This document shows, in pieces, positions 7,985-18,134 of a stretch of 64,000 nucleotides of DNA. How positions within the stretch are numbered: the stretch's first letter is position 1; each line of letters opens with the position of its first letter. The DNA comes from Syntrophales bacterium (GTDB taxonomy: Bacteria > Desulfobacterota > Syntrophia > Syntrophales > UBA2185), in the NCBI GenBank assembly GCA_049521775.1, contig JBEKOL010000016.1:753-64752 (forward strand), in the 5' to 3' direction. The translations under genes and the position numbers were made by a program. Under the pieces are notes generated by a model that was not told the DNA's origin, made no database searches, and saw only the letters and a program-made list of their open reading frames with translations.

Positions 7985-8878
7985 GTGAATCAGTATAAGA
8001 AAAAAGGATTGCAAGGATCGATTCGGGAAAAAGCTGCAAGCATCACGGACCAGGCGGGTCGCCGTTTGCAAACCCTGAAGGATCATGTTTCCCTTGTGAT
8101 CGCAGATGAATATCATATCAGCGTTCATGATATCTACATAGAGATGCTGAAAATGGGTATCTATCCGTACCGCTACATCCGGAACCTGGATTCAATATCC
8201 ACGGAAGAGCAGCTTAAGCTGGCCGAATCGAAGATAGCCATAATCGGTGCGGGGGGCTTGGGCGGTAATGTCATTTTGTTGCTTGCGAGGGTTGGCATCG
8301 GGTCTCTGATGGTGGTGGATCAGGACGTTTTTGATGAAACGAACCTGAATCGCCAGACTCTCTGCAATATGAAGACTCTGGGAAGTCCGAAAGCGCACGA
8401 AGCAGTCTCTGCCGTTCGGGTCATCAATCCGGGAGTAAATGTTTTTCCCCACCAGATTAAACTCGATGCTTCGAATGCCGAAGGGATTCTTGCCGGATCG
8501 GATGTAATTGTCGATGCGCTGGATAATGTACCGGATCGATTTCTTCTCGAGGGTACCGCCAAGAAGCTGGGGATTCCTCTGGTGCACGGCACGCTGGCCG
8601 GTTTTGAAGGCTGGATCATGACTATTTTCCCCGGAGATCCGGGGCTTAAGAATATCTATGGGGCCGAGGAGACAAAACGTATCGACCTGGAAAGTCCGCA
8701 GGTCGTTCTTGGCGTCCCTGGTGTTACGCCTTTTCTTATAGCCGCCTTCCAAGTAATGGAAGTCCTCAAAATCCTGTTGGGGCGCGGAAATATTTTCAGG
8801 GAAAGGATGATCCATGTTGATCTGGAGCGCGGCTGTTTAAACGAGTTTTTCTTTCGCGTCCCTGATTCCTTGAAATAA
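7985..8878 (+). CDS. ThiF/MoeB/HesA-family adenylyltransferase (E1-like)
   Basis: IAIIGAGGLGGNVILLLARVGIGSLMVVDQDVFDETNLNRQ is the nucleotide-binding signature. There is an N-terminal extension of about 75 aa. It is divergent from the GG carrier gene. Confidence 0.85.
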   Translation: MNQYKKKGLQGSIREKAASITDQAGRRLQTLKDHVSLVIADEYHISVHDIYIEMLKMGIYPYRYIRNLDSISTEEQLKLAESKIAIIGAGGLGGNVILLLARVGIGSLMVVDQDVFDETNLNRQTLCNMKTLGSPKAHEAVSAVRVINPGVNVFPHQIKLDASNAEGILAGSDVIVDALDNVPDRFLLEGTAKKLGIPLVHGTLAGFEGWIMTIFPGDPGLKNIYGAEETKRIDLESPQVVLGVPGVTPFLIAAFQVMEVLKILLGRGNIFRERMIHVDLERGCLNEFFFRVPDSLK

Positions 8879-8915
8879 AAGGTCAGCCGCGGAATCTTAG
8901 AGAAAGATTAATCTC

Positions 8916-10217
8916 ATGGAATTTAAGTACGGCCTTGAAGATCGGCCGCCTCTGGGAGAGTCTCTGCTCATGGGACTTCAGTGGTGCGCACTGATGTTAC
9001 CTTTCCTGATAATATTGGGCAAGATCGCTGCTGCATATCACTTGGCCGATCCCACCGACCAAACGACATACTTGCAAAAGATGGCCTTCATCATTGCCAT
9101 CTTCCTCTTTCTTGAAGTTCTCTGGGGTCACCGCCTGCCTCTCATCATGGGCCCGTCCTCGGTGATTCTCATCGGCATTATTTCCAGCCATGGATTCGAC
9201 CTGAATGTCATATCTACGGCTGTAATGAGCGGAGGAGTGATCCTAGCGCTCGCGGGCGTAACTGGTGTTTTCGGGCATCTCCAGCGGCTCTTTACACCCC
9301 GTGTCGTGGCAGTAGTGCTTTTGCTGATTGCCTTTACGCTGACACCAACCATCCTAAGACTTGTGACAGACCCGCAGGGGACGACTCCGCAGATAAATAT
9401 GGTTTATGCCCTGGCGCTTACAGCAGTTACACTGATTCTCCATAGGCTCCTTATGGGAATATGGAAATCTGTTCTGATAATGCTCTCGATGCTGGTCGGG
9501 AGCGCCGTCTATTTTCTTATCCTCCCGGAAAACATCAATATGACTGCAGTAGTATCTGCGAAATTGATCGCACCATTTTTTACGAACATGATAGGCCATC
9601 TGTCTTTCGATGCGGGGCTTTTGATTTCCTTCTTTATCTGCTTTGTGGCTTTGTCGATTAATGATCTCGGTTCGATGCAGTCCATGAATGCTCTTGTAAA
9701 TACTCAAGACATGGCAAAGAGGCTTAACCGTGGTGTTTTCTTTACAGGCTTGGCTAATGTCACGGCAGGAATTTTCGGCGTCATAGGTCAGGTTAATTAT
9801 TCCATGAGCGTCGGCGTTGTCGCTGCTACGGGTTGCATGTCGCGATTCACTTTACTGCCGGCAGCGGCGGTCTTGTTGCTGATATCCTTTTCTCCTATGA
9901 CGATAGGCTTCTTGGGGATCGTTCCTCCAGTTGTGATCGGCAGCATCATGTTTTACGTGCTGTGCTCACAGGTGTCAGCCGGCCTGATAGTAGCCTTTGA
10001 GTCCCAGCGACAATTTACTTTTGACGACGGAATGATTATCGGCATGCCTATCCTGATTGCAACAGTGATAGCTTTCATGCCGCCCGCCTTCTTCCGAGAA
10101 TTCCCCCAAGTCTTACGTCCCATTGTCGGAAACGGGTTCGTCGTGGGAGTCATTATCGTCCTTCTCATGGAACATGGTATATTTAGAAAATACGGCAGTC
10201 AAGCGAACTTCAGATGA
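8916..10217 (+). CDS. NCS2-family (xanthine/uracil/vitamin C type) permease, divergent
   Basis: 433 aa and polytopic. LQWCALMLP...IMGPSS near the N-terminus and GLANVTAGIFGVIGQVNYSMSVGVVAATGCMSRF align with the NCS2 signature region, although the canonical QN pair is not conserved. Confidence 0.65.
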   Translation: MEFKYGLEDRPPLGESLLMGLQWCALMLPFLIILGKIAAAYHLADPTDQTTYLQKMAFIIAIFLFLEVLWGHRLPLIMGPSSVILIGIISSHGFDLNVISTAVMSGGVILALAGVTGVFGHLQRLFTPRVVAVVLLLIAFTLTPTILRLVTDPQGTTPQINMVYALALTAVTLILHRLLMGIWKSVLIMLSMLVGSAVYFLILPENINMTAVVSAKLIAPFFTNMIGHLSFDAGLLISFFICFVALSINDLGSMQSMNALVNTQDMAKRLNRGVFFTGLANVTAGIFGVIGQVNYSMSVGVVAATGCMSRFTLLPAAAVLLLISFSPMTIGFLGIVPPVVIGSIMFYVLCSQVSAGLIVAFESQRQFTFDDGMIIGMPILIATVIAFMPPAFFREFPQVLRPIVGNGFVVGVIIVLLMEHGIFRKYGSQANFR

Positions 10218-10876
10218 AAGTGATTCAATGCTGGGATGACGGAATCGTTGATGATGTCCGTCTGACTGACATACTGCGTCGTTACAATGCCAGAGCCACA
10301 TTCAGTCTCAATCCGGGACTATATCGGGAAGAGAGATCGTTCGGTTGGATTCATGATAACAGGGAGGTTTGGCGGCTCCGTGTCGGTGAGCTGCCCGACA
10401 TATACAGCGGATTTGAGGTTTGCAGCCATTCCATGACCCATCCATGCCTGACCGAAGTTTCAGCAGACCAATTGGATTGGGAGATAAGGGCAAGCCGTGA
10501 TATCCTACAAGGTATTTTCAGAAAACCAGTTCTAGGATTCTGCTATCCATTCAATGCATGCAATGAAAAGGCAAAGGCTGCCCTCCAGTCTGCCGGCTAT
10601 ATATGGGCCCGGGGTGGTCAAAATGACGAGAGCATCTTCCCGCCCCACGATCCTCTCGAATTTAATTTTAGTTGTCATTTTCTGTCTTTCGATTTTTGGC
10701 CCAAGTTTAAAATATCGAAAGAGAGGGACGGTGTTTTTTCCTTCTGGGGGCATAGCTGTGAAATTAAGAACGAAGCCATGTGGCAGGATTTTGAAGCGAT
10801 GATAGAAAGAATTTCGTCATGTGCAAAAACAGAGTGGTCATTCATCAATGATCTTTTTATAGATGGTTCTTTTTGA
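10214..10876 (+). CDS. Polysaccharide deacetylase (NodB homology) family protein
   Basis: The WDDG and HSMTHP motifs are present. The start overlaps the permease stop by 4 nt. Confidence 0.7.
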   Translation: MKVIQCWDDGIVDDVRLTDILRRYNARATFSLNPGLYREERSFGWIHDNREVWRLRVGELPDIYSGFEVCSHSMTHPCLTEVSADQLDWEIRASRDILQGIFRKPVLGFCYPFNACNEKAKAALQSAGYIWARGGQNDESIFPPHDPLEFNFSCHFLSFDFWPKFKISKERDGVFSFWGHSCEIKNEAMWQDFEAMIERISSCAKTEWSFINDLFIDGSF

Positions 10877-10972
10877 TTACGACCGGACATCTCTCAAGTC
10901 AGACTTCCCCCTCTTTATTATACAGATGCACAGAAGCATGTCGGATAATTTTAATGTATCAGGAGGTGTACT

Positions 10973-11155
10973 ATGGCAGAGATGGTGAAAGTCTGCAATT
11001 ATGACAAGTGCGGCAATGAAGCGGGAATGACGATAACCTGTAAAACGATTGATGTCGAAGAATTATCCGGCGTTAGAAAGATGATGCAGGAAGAGACCAG
11101 AGTCTGCAAGGTCTGCGGTAACGAAGCCAACGTGATAATTGATTTTGGCTCATAG
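10973..11155 (+). CDS. Small Cys-rich protein (60 aa)
   Basis: Strong SD (AGGAGGTG). It contains an internal duplication, C(N5)CGNEA...CKVCGNEA. Confidence 0.5.
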   Translation: MAEMVKVCNYDKCGNEAGMTITCKTIDVEELSGVRKMMQEETRVCKVCGNEANVIIDFGS

Positions 11156-11304
11156 CGGACGATATTTGCCCCCCATAAATATCAAACAGACCCATCCAAT
11201 GGCGAGATGTCTAACTATGCCCAAACCGAAGCCGGTTCTTTTTCCTTGATATATAAACCGGTCATGGATATCCTGTTATCATCCCCGATGCGTAAGATTT
11301 ATGT

Positions 11305-11508
11305 ATGAAAAAGTGTCCTTTCTGTAGAGGAACAATCGAAAGAGATTTGCGGGTCTGTCGGTTGTGCGGCAGGGATCTGCCAAGATACAATGCCCATATC
11401 GAAAGCATTTTTTATTGCCCTATTTGCAACACGGAAGATACCTATTGCGACTCCACAAACAGAATATTTTGTCCCCGCTGCCGCAATTACGTGAAAGAGC
11501 CTGAGTGA
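11305..11508 (+). CDS. Double zinc-ribbon protein (67 aa)
   Basis: Four CxxC pairs (CPFC, CRLC, CPIC, CPRC) are spaced as two zinc ribbons. There is no obvious SD. Confidence 0.55.
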   Translation: MKKCPFCRGTIERDLRVCRLCGRDLPRYNAHIESIFYCPICNTEDTYCDSTNRIFCPRCRNYVKEPE

Positions 11509-11723
11509 CGCCTGACTCTCTGTGTATCGGTATTTTGGAGTTCAGGCATAGCGAAGGGCTGGAAGTGGAGAGGCGTTTTGGGAAAAGCATTCAGAATGGA
11601 GAGGGAATAATCGCGATTATCCGGAAAATTTGCTAAGACGCAAGAAGCGATTTTCGAATGCAGCGGTTAAATGGGACAAGATGGATTTAATCTATTACCA
11701 AAGTTTATTCATCACCGGCGGGA

Positions 11724-12923
11724 TTACTGCTTGAACGTGCCGTCTGCGTAGATGAGAAGCTTTTCACCTGTGGCAAGGGCGGCTGTTACTGTCTTATTTT
11801 CCGTATTGACGAGGTCCCAGTGAAGTGCTGAGTCATTGAAGCCCATTTTCTTTTTTGCTTCTTTTGCGAGTTCTGATGGATCTCCATTGTATGTAACGCT
11901 GTAGGAAGAACCAAGGGCAAGATGACAGTTCCCATACCTGCCGCCGTGATTTTCATCGTAAAGCGTATCGGCCATAAATCGGTCGATCCGGGAGAAACGT
12001 CTGTCCGTAAGGGAAAATTCTCCGATCCGGCGCGCTCCCCTGTCCATGGAAAGCTGCTGAACGGCAAAATCCTCGCCGGTATCCGCCCCGATCTTAGTAA
12101 CCGCGCCTTTATAAAAGGTCATGCGTACCCCCTCCACATAATTGCCGCTGCGGAAAGAAGGCAGATTCGCAAAATACCGACCTTCCGTTCCCCGCCAATC
12201 AGGCGAAGTGAATATTTCAAAGCTCGGTATATTATGCCCAGATATGCCTATCCAAAGTCTTCTGTCCCCCGGCCTAATCGTAAGATCAATATTTTCTGAT
12301 TCGATATGAAGGGATTTCACGTTGAGGCTGTTCAACCATCTCTTGATGCCCGTGACTTCTTTGAGAATCGACTGCCAGCGGGAAACGGGATCGTCAAAAT
12401 CCAGGTAGCAGGCCTTGATAATCTGTTCCGTATACTTGTCAAGCGACATTCTTGCCTGCTTCGCGAGCTCATCCGTGGGGAGTGTGCTGAGGGTCCAGCT
12501 ATAAAGGCCGTCCTCCTCCCGCTTGTTGAGAAGGTCCCGGAAAGGCTTTCTTGCCACGAGGACCTTCCCGATTCTCATCGGGTCGATGTCCTTCATATGT
12601 GTGAGGGCGTCCGGTGCATGGAGAAATATCCTGCCGTTTATGCTATTGTATAATTCCTTATCTCCCGGAGGCAGATAGACGAGTTGTCTGTTGTTCGCAA
12701 TCCCGTAGAAGCCGCGTTCCATGGGAACCGTTAGGCCCATCCTTTGAATCGGGTTCATACCCATGTCCAGTATCCTGTTATAAAGGATTTCTGCAAGTCC
12801 GAGGGCCTGGCGATCATATTGGAGGAGAACGGTATCCTGTCTCTTGAACGGATTTTTCCTTGCCACCTTCAATGCCCAGATGAGCACATCGGCATATCTG
12901 TTAAGTTGAATTTCCGACAGCAT
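11724..12923 (-). CDS. Aminopeptidase, M29 (AmpS/PepS) family
   Basis: The family-typical N-terminus LNRYADVLI and the C-terminal ENHGGRYGNCHLALGSSY...ALHWDLV are present. I prefer the ATG at 12923 (AGAGGAAA SD) over the TTG at 12947. Confidence 0.75.
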   Translation of the reverse strand: MLSEIQLNRYADVLIWALKVARKNPFKRQDTVLLQYDRQALGLAEILYNRILDMGMNPIQRMGLTVPMERGFYGIANNRQLVYLPPGDKELYNSINGRIFLHAPDALTHMKDIDPMRIGKVLVARKPFRDLLNKREEDGLYSWTLSTLPTDELAKQARMSLDKYTEQIIKACYLDFDDPVSRWQSILKEVTGIKRWLNSLNVKSLHIESENIDLTIRPGDRRLWIGISGHNIPSFEIFTSPDWRGTEGRYFANLPSFRSGNYVEGVRMTFYKGAVTKIGADTGEDFAVQQLSMDRGARRIGEFSLTDRRFSRIDRFMADTLYDENHGGRYGNCHLALGSSYSVTYNGDPSELAKEAKKKMGFNDSALHWDLVNTENKTVTAALATGEKLLIYADGTFKQ

Positions 12924-12953
12924 GGTATTTCCTCTTTCCAGGATCAATAGAAA

Positions 12954-14525
12954 TTAATGCCTTTGATAGCCATACCGTTCTTCGAAGATGGGGGCTATCA
13001 AATTGTCTACCGGCACATAGTCATCGGTGAGGACAACGGAAGGCCGCTCGGTGAGATATTGCTGGAGTTGCTCCTGGGACATAACGTGGGACATGACACT
13101 TTTGCCGCCCTTTTCCCCGATGAATTGAACGAAGTCATCCATATCAACACCACGCTTGCTCGCCACGATAACACGGGTGCTAATGCCCGTATTTTCTTGA
13201 TCGGACTTCGGGGAAACAAGGTAGACATTTCCCTTGCCGAACACATCTTCCAGCGTCCGGATGTAGGAAGGCATAAAGAGTCCCCTCTCGTAACTGTCAA
13301 TAACATTGGCCATGAGTATGCCATGTGGTTTCAAGAGCCTTGCCATTTGCAGGGCAAATTCCTTAGTTGTCAAATGGTAGGGAATTGAAAGGTCATTAAA
13401 GGCGTCTCCCACAATGAAATCATATTTTTCTATTTCGTTGCTATTCATGACAAACCAGCGGCCGTCCTCATTGAAGGATCTGATCCGCGTGTCCTTGGGC
13501 ACTCCCAGGTATTCATGAACCACCCGCGTTATTTCCGGATCAATCTCCACAACATCGATCTCTGACGTCGGATACATCAATTCAAGGCAGCGGGGCAGCG
13601 TATAGCCCCCACCGCCAATGAACAGGGTCTTCAGTGTTCCCGACCTATTCATCCTCCACCTCATAAGTTCTTCGTATATCCTGATGTATTCATAATCCAG
13701 ATAAAAGGGGTCATTGTAGACATTTATGGAGTGTATGAGATGGTCTAAGACCAGCGCATCCGCCCAAGCCCGCTGATCTCTTGTGAGGCACTTCCTTATC
13801 TGGAGAGAATAGTAGTCACTTTCTTTAAAGAAATAGGTCTTGTCATCGACAGGCATTTTGAAGGCATAGCCGTAGAAAGTCCAGGCGAGTGAAAGAAAAA
13901 TTAGAATGCCCACGGCAAAGAAAATTGCAGATGTTTTTTTTCTCGTAAAAAGTCCTCCAAAGATCATAGCAGAAATTATTAGAATAATCCCTATGGTCAA
14001 AAGTATATTCCTTGTTCCCATCCAGGAGATGAGGAAAAAGCCCGTGGCAAAGGTCCCGATGATCGAGCCGAGTGTGGAGAAAGCATAGATCTTCCCCACC
14101 ACATTGCCTGTCTTCGCGAGGTTGTGAAGTGTAAGTTTAACCACGACGGGGGAAATCATGCCTAATATGCAAGACGGGACAAAGAAGATAAAGGTTGTGA
14201 GGACTAATATCCGTATCATCAGCGTCGTCTGAAAATGGGTCGCGCCAAGAAGATTTGTGAGCGGTGAAATGGAAAGAGCCCCTATGCCGGAAAGAAAGAG
14301 GAGCCAGCCGAGTGTCGAGGGCCGGGGAAATCGGTCGGCAATCAAACCGCCCACATAAGCGCCTATGCTGATACCGGCAAGGACAACACCGATAATGCTT
14401 GTCCATGTATAGAGTGATACACCCACATGCGGCGCCATGATCCTTCCGGCAACTAGCTCAATGACCAAAGTGCAGAAACTGGCGATGAAAACGACAATGT
14501 TAGCTTTAATGACTTCTTTCTGCAT
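12954..14525 (-). CDS. Fused membrane (MFS-like) / spermidine-synthase-like protein
   Basis: About 230 aa of N-terminal TM helices are followed by an aminopropyltransferase-type fold (LFIGGGGYTLPR, VVEIDPEI, GDAFND). The ATG at 14525 has an AAGAGG SD. Confidence 0.75.
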   Translation of the reverse strand: MQKEVIKANIVVFIASFCTLVIELVAGRIMAPHVGVSLYTWTSIIGVVLAGISIGAYVGGLIADRFPRPSTLGWLLFLSGIGALSISPLTNLLGATHFQTTLMIRILVLTTFIFFVPSCILGMISPVVVKLTLHNLAKTGNVVGKIYAFSTLGSIIGTFATGFFLISWMGTRNILLTIGIILIISAMIFGGLFTRKKTSAIFFAVGILIFLSLAWTFYGYAFKMPVDDKTYFFKESDYYSLQIRKCLTRDQRAWADALVLDHLIHSINVYNDPFYLDYEYIRIYEELMRWRMNRSGTLKTLFIGGGGYTLPRCLELMYPTSEIDVVEIDPEITRVVHEYLGVPKDTRIRSFNEDGRWFVMNSNEIEKYDFIVGDAFNDLSIPYHLTTKEFALQMARLLKPHGILMANVIDSYERGLFMPSYIRTLEDVFGKGNVYLVSPKSDQENTGISTRVIVASKRGVDMDDFVQFIGEKGGKSVMSHVMSQEQLQQYLTERPSVVLTDDYVPVDNLIAPIFEERYGYQRH

Positions 14526-14702
14526 GGATAAACCTCTTTTCGAAACTGCAATGAAAACCAAAGCTCTCCGTGATCGAGATAATTTATGCTGAAAAACTAT
14601 TCTAATTAAGCGGCGTTGATATATAGCACGTGAAAGTAAATATGCAAAGTCGATTTATCTGCAGGTCATGGATAGGCAATTCCTATTGATCCTCTTTGCT
14701 TC

Positions 14703-14731
14703 TTGACATCTTGTGTTCATTTACCTACGAT
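14703..14731 (+). promoter_or_regulatory. Candidate sigma-70 promoter of the UPF0182 gene
   Basis: TTGACA (14703-14708), 17 nt, then TACGAT (14726-14731). The GGAGG SD and the ATG at 14754 follow. Confidence 0.5.
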
Positions 14732-14753
14732 AAAGACCTGGAGGAAAAGAAAA

Positions 14754-17486
14754 ATGGCTAATTTCAAGGTTCCCTATCCCCGGTTACAAAACTTCAGGGT
14801 CGTACTTCTCTTCATCGTTGTTTTTGGCATATTCGCTGTCTCCATGCACGTGATCATGCTTATCGCAGACTGGCTCTGGTTTCAGGAAGTGGGCTATCAG
14901 GATATTTTCTACATCACCCTCTTGACAAAGTTGAAGATGGCAACCCTCTTCGGCATCGCCTTTTTTATCATCTTCTATTTAAATCTTTTCCTGGCCGTGA
15001 GAATGTCCTCACCGATAGTTGTCTTCGATGCGGGAGAAGCCGTCCAAGTGCCGCCGTGGGAGATAGAGAGCAAGAGACTGCAAGTGCTCATCTTGGCTGC
15101 TTCCGTTTTGCTGGCGCTTTTTGCGGCTTCATACGGGACCGGCCAGTGGGAGAATTTCTTGCTGCTTACCAACGCCACTTCTTTCGGCATCTCCGATCCG
15201 CTCTTCCATAAAGACATCAGCTTCTATATCTTTAGTCTGCCCTTTTTGACGCATGTCTATAGCTGGCTTATGTTTACGATCATCTTCACTATCATAGCAA
15301 CTGGATTTATATATATTACACGCCGTTCCTTCCGCTTTATACCTCCCAGAAATTGGCAGGTTGCGCCGCAAGCCAGAATGCACCTCGCCATTCTGACGGC
15401 TGCCCTGTTCTTCTGGGGCACATTTGGCGTCTGGCTGGAGTTGAACGAGATACTCTTTTCGAAACGTGGGGTGGTCTTCGGTCCTGGCTATACGGAAGTC
15501 ACTACACAGCTTTGGGTCCTCAAGACCCTGATGGTGGTCTGTATCCTATGCGCTCTGTCGGTGATTTATTATGCATTCCGCCCCAATTGGCGTGTTCCTG
15601 CGGCAGCCATACTTGCATTTCTATTAGTTACCATCGCCGGCCGGAACATATATCCTGCACTCGTACAGAAATTCAAGGTGATTCCCAATGAGATTGTTCT
15701 CGAAATGCCGTACCTTGAAAAAAACATACAGTATACAAGAATGGCGTATCAGCTTCATGATATTGAAGATCGGGAATTTCCGGTAGAGGAAAACCTTACC
15801 CGGGAAGACCTGAGAAAAAATGACATTACCATGAAAAATATCCGCCTGTGGGATCATGCCCCTCTTCTCCAAACGTACGGCCAGCTTCAGGAGATGCGCA
15901 CCTATTATAAATTTACCAGTGTACACAATGACCGCTACATAGTTAACGGCGAGTACCGTCAGGTTATGCTCTCCCCGCGGGAGCTTTCCTACCAAGCGCT
16001 GCCTTCAAAAACGTGGGTCAATGAACATCTTACATACACTCACGGCTATGGCGCTGTTCTTGGCCCCGTGAATCGCATATCCGGCGAAGGTCTTCCGGAA
16101 TTCTTTATCAAGGATATTCCACCGGTCTCAACAACAGACATCAAGATTACCCGCCCCGAGATCTATTACGGTGAAACGTCAAATGAATACGTCTTTGTCA
16201 AAGGAAAACGCCAGGAGTTTGACTATCCTGTGGGAGACAAAAACGTCTACTCCAACTATGGCGGCAGCGGCGGCGTTCCCCTCTCATTCTGGAAAAAACT
16301 GCTTTTCGCAGCGCGTTTCGGCTCTTTCACCATTCTTCTTTCCGACGACATCACTTCCGACAGCCGTGTCATGTACTACAGGAAAGTCACGGAACGGATA
16401 TCCCATATTGTCCCCTTTATCGAGATAGATGGTGACCCATACATGGTAATATCCCCGGAGGGTCGTCTTATCTGGATATTAGATGGCTATACGGTGACGG
16501 ATCGTTTTCCCTACTCCGAACCGAGCTCCAAGATGGGCAACTACATCCGCAACTCCCTCAAGGCAACTGTTGATGCCTATGATGGATCGGTAAAGCTCTA
16601 TGTAAGCGATGCAAAGGATCCCATAATACAGACCTACTCCAGAATATTTCCGGGGGTCTTCAAGACAATGGATGAGATGCCCGGGGAAGTGAGAAGCCAT
16701 ATCCGTTACCCCCGCGCCATGTTAGCCTTGCAGGCCCGGATGTATGGGGCGTACCACATGCAGGATCCACAAGTCTTTTACAACAAAGAAGACCTCTGGA
16801 CGATACCGGGTAAACATGATCCCGGCCATGACTGGGAAATGGAACCATACTATACGATCATGAGGCTTCCTGGGGACAAGAAAGAAGAGTTCATCCTCCT
16901 GTTACTCTTTACTCCGAGCAAGAAGGACAACATGTCTGCCTGGATGGCTGTTCGCTGCGATGCCGCGAACTACGGTAAGATGATCGTTTACAAATTCCCC
17001 AAACAGAAGCTGGTCTACGGGCCGAGCCAGATTGAGGCCAGGATAGACCAGGATACGGAGATCTCCAAACAGCTTTCCCTTTGGAACCAGAAGGGCTCTC
17101 AGGTCATACGGGGGAGGTTGCTTGCCATTCCCATCGAAAAATCAATTATATATTTTGAGGCTCTTTACCTGGCGGCGGAAAAGGGGCAACTTCCTGAATT
17201 GAAGAGAGTCATAGTGGCTTATGGTAACTCGATCGCCATGGAGGACAATCTAGAGACATCTCTGCAGCGAATCTTCGGAGCCAAGGTGATGAAAGAAGAA
17301 AAATATCCCGCTGCTGAGACAAGAATGGCTCCTGCGGGAGAAAAGGCGGACAGGCAATTGGCTTTAGATGCCCTCGGTCATTTTAGAAGGGCGCAGGAGT
17401 ATCTGAAGCTCGGCAACTGGGCCAGTTATGGAGAAGAGCTCAAGAAAGTGGATGAGATATTGAGAGCCATAGAAAAAAAGAAATAA
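14754..17486 (+). CDS. UPF0182-family large membrane protein
   Basis: About 910 aa. An N-terminal block of 7 or so TM helices containing LIADWLWFQEVGY is followed by a large soluble domain, as in the UPF0182 (COG1615) family. The track start at 14703 is the promoter -35. Confidence 0.7.
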   Translation: MANFKVPYPRLQNFRVVLLFIVVFGIFAVSMHVIMLIADWLWFQEVGYQDIFYITLLTKLKMATLFGIAFFIIFYLNLFLAVRMSSPIVVFDAGEAVQVPPWEIESKRLQVLILAASVLLALFAASYGTGQWENFLLLTNATSFGISDPLFHKDISFYIFSLPFLTHVYSWLMFTIIFTIIATGFIYITRRSFRFIPPRNWQVAPQARMHLAILTAALFFWGTFGVWLELNEILFSKRGVVFGPGYTEVTTQLWVLKTLMVVCILCALSVIYYAFRPNWRVPAAAILAFLLVTIAGRNIYPALVQKFKVIPNEIVLEMPYLEKNIQYTRMAYQLHDIEDREFPVEENLTREDLRKNDITMKNIRLWDHAPLLQTYGQLQEMRTYYKFTSVHNDRYIVNGEYRQVMLSPRELSYQALPSKTWVNEHLTYTHGYGAVLGPVNRISGEGLPEFFIKDIPPVSTTDIKITRPEIYYGETSNEYVFVKGKRQEFDYPVGDKNVYSNYGGSGGVPLSFWKKLLFAARFGSFTILLSDDITSDSRVMYYRKVTERISHIVPFIEIDGDPYMVISPEGRLIWILDGYTVTDRFPYSEPSSKMGNYIRNSLKATVDAYDGSVKLYVSDAKDPIIQTYSRIFPGVFKTMDEMPGEVRSHIRYPRAMLALQARMYGAYHMQDPQVFYNKEDLWTIPGKHDPGHDWEMEPYYTIMRLPGDKKEEFILLLLFTPSKKDNMSAWMAVRCDAANYGKMIVYKFPKQKLVYGPSQIEARIDQDTEISKQLSLWNQKGSQVIRGRLLAIPIEKSIIYFEALYLAAEKGQLPELKRVIVAYGNSIAMEDNLETSLQRIFGAKVMKEEKYPAAETRMAPAGEKADRQLALDALGHFRRAQEYLKLGNWASYGEELKKVDEILRAIEKKK

Positions 17487-17515
17487 GATGTAATTTTGGA
17501 AGGAAGGAAAGGGCG

Positions 17516-18019
17516 ATGCAAAAGAAAAGGAAAATAATCCTTTATGCCCTGTGCATTTTGAGCCTGCTTCCATGTGCAGGGTGTGCCACTATGCTTTTCA
17601 AGAATTACGGCAGTATAGTGCCTGACGGACGCGTGACGGATGCTTTTGATAAGTATCAAGTCAACCTCAACTATAACTATTATTACAGCGGGTCCGAAGT
17701 CTATCCCAGTGCGATTATAGGTTTGGATAAGGCCTACGCACTCGATTCCGACCTGTGGAAGAAAGTCGATATGATGCCTGTGAAGCTGCGGGAACTTGTC
17801 ACATACATGAAGGACAAGGCCGCAACCGTGAACTTCAAGGGACCTCTCCACGGATTTGCCATGTTAGATGACAAAGGTAAACAGATCGGAGTGTGGTATT
17901 CCATCCTCGAAGCCAAGACATCCCTTAAGATGAAAGACAGCAACACTGTGATAATCGTTACGCCGGACATCGATACATGGTTGAGATTCGAAGATGGCAA
18001 CCGTCTTCATGTGAAATAA
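17516..18019 (+). CDS. Lipoprotein, function unknown
   Basis: The signal peptide carries the lipobox LLPCAGC. A good SD is present. Confidence 0.6.
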   Translation: MQKKRKIILYALCILSLLPCAGCATMLFKNYGSIVPDGRVTDAFDKYQVNLNYNYYYSGSEVYPSAIIGLDKAYALDSDLWKKVDMMPVKLRELVTYMKDKAATVNFKGPLHGFAMLDDKGKQIGVWYSILEAKTSLKMKDSNTVIIVTPDIDTWLRFEDGNRLHVK

Positions 18020-18053
18020 GTATGATCTAACGCCTGATTATTGAAAAAACGAT

Positions 18054-18107
18054 AAAAAACCCCTTGCTCCTAATTTATTAAGGTAATCGGGAACAAGGGG
18101 TTTTCTT
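18054..18107. terminator. Bidirectional rho-independent terminator
   Basis: AAAAAA-CCCCTTGCTCC...GGGAACAAGGGG-TTTTCTT lies between the convergent lipoprotein gene and alaS. Confidence 0.75.
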
Positions 18108-18134
18108 ATTCTGGGGCCTGCATTGATAGGGACG

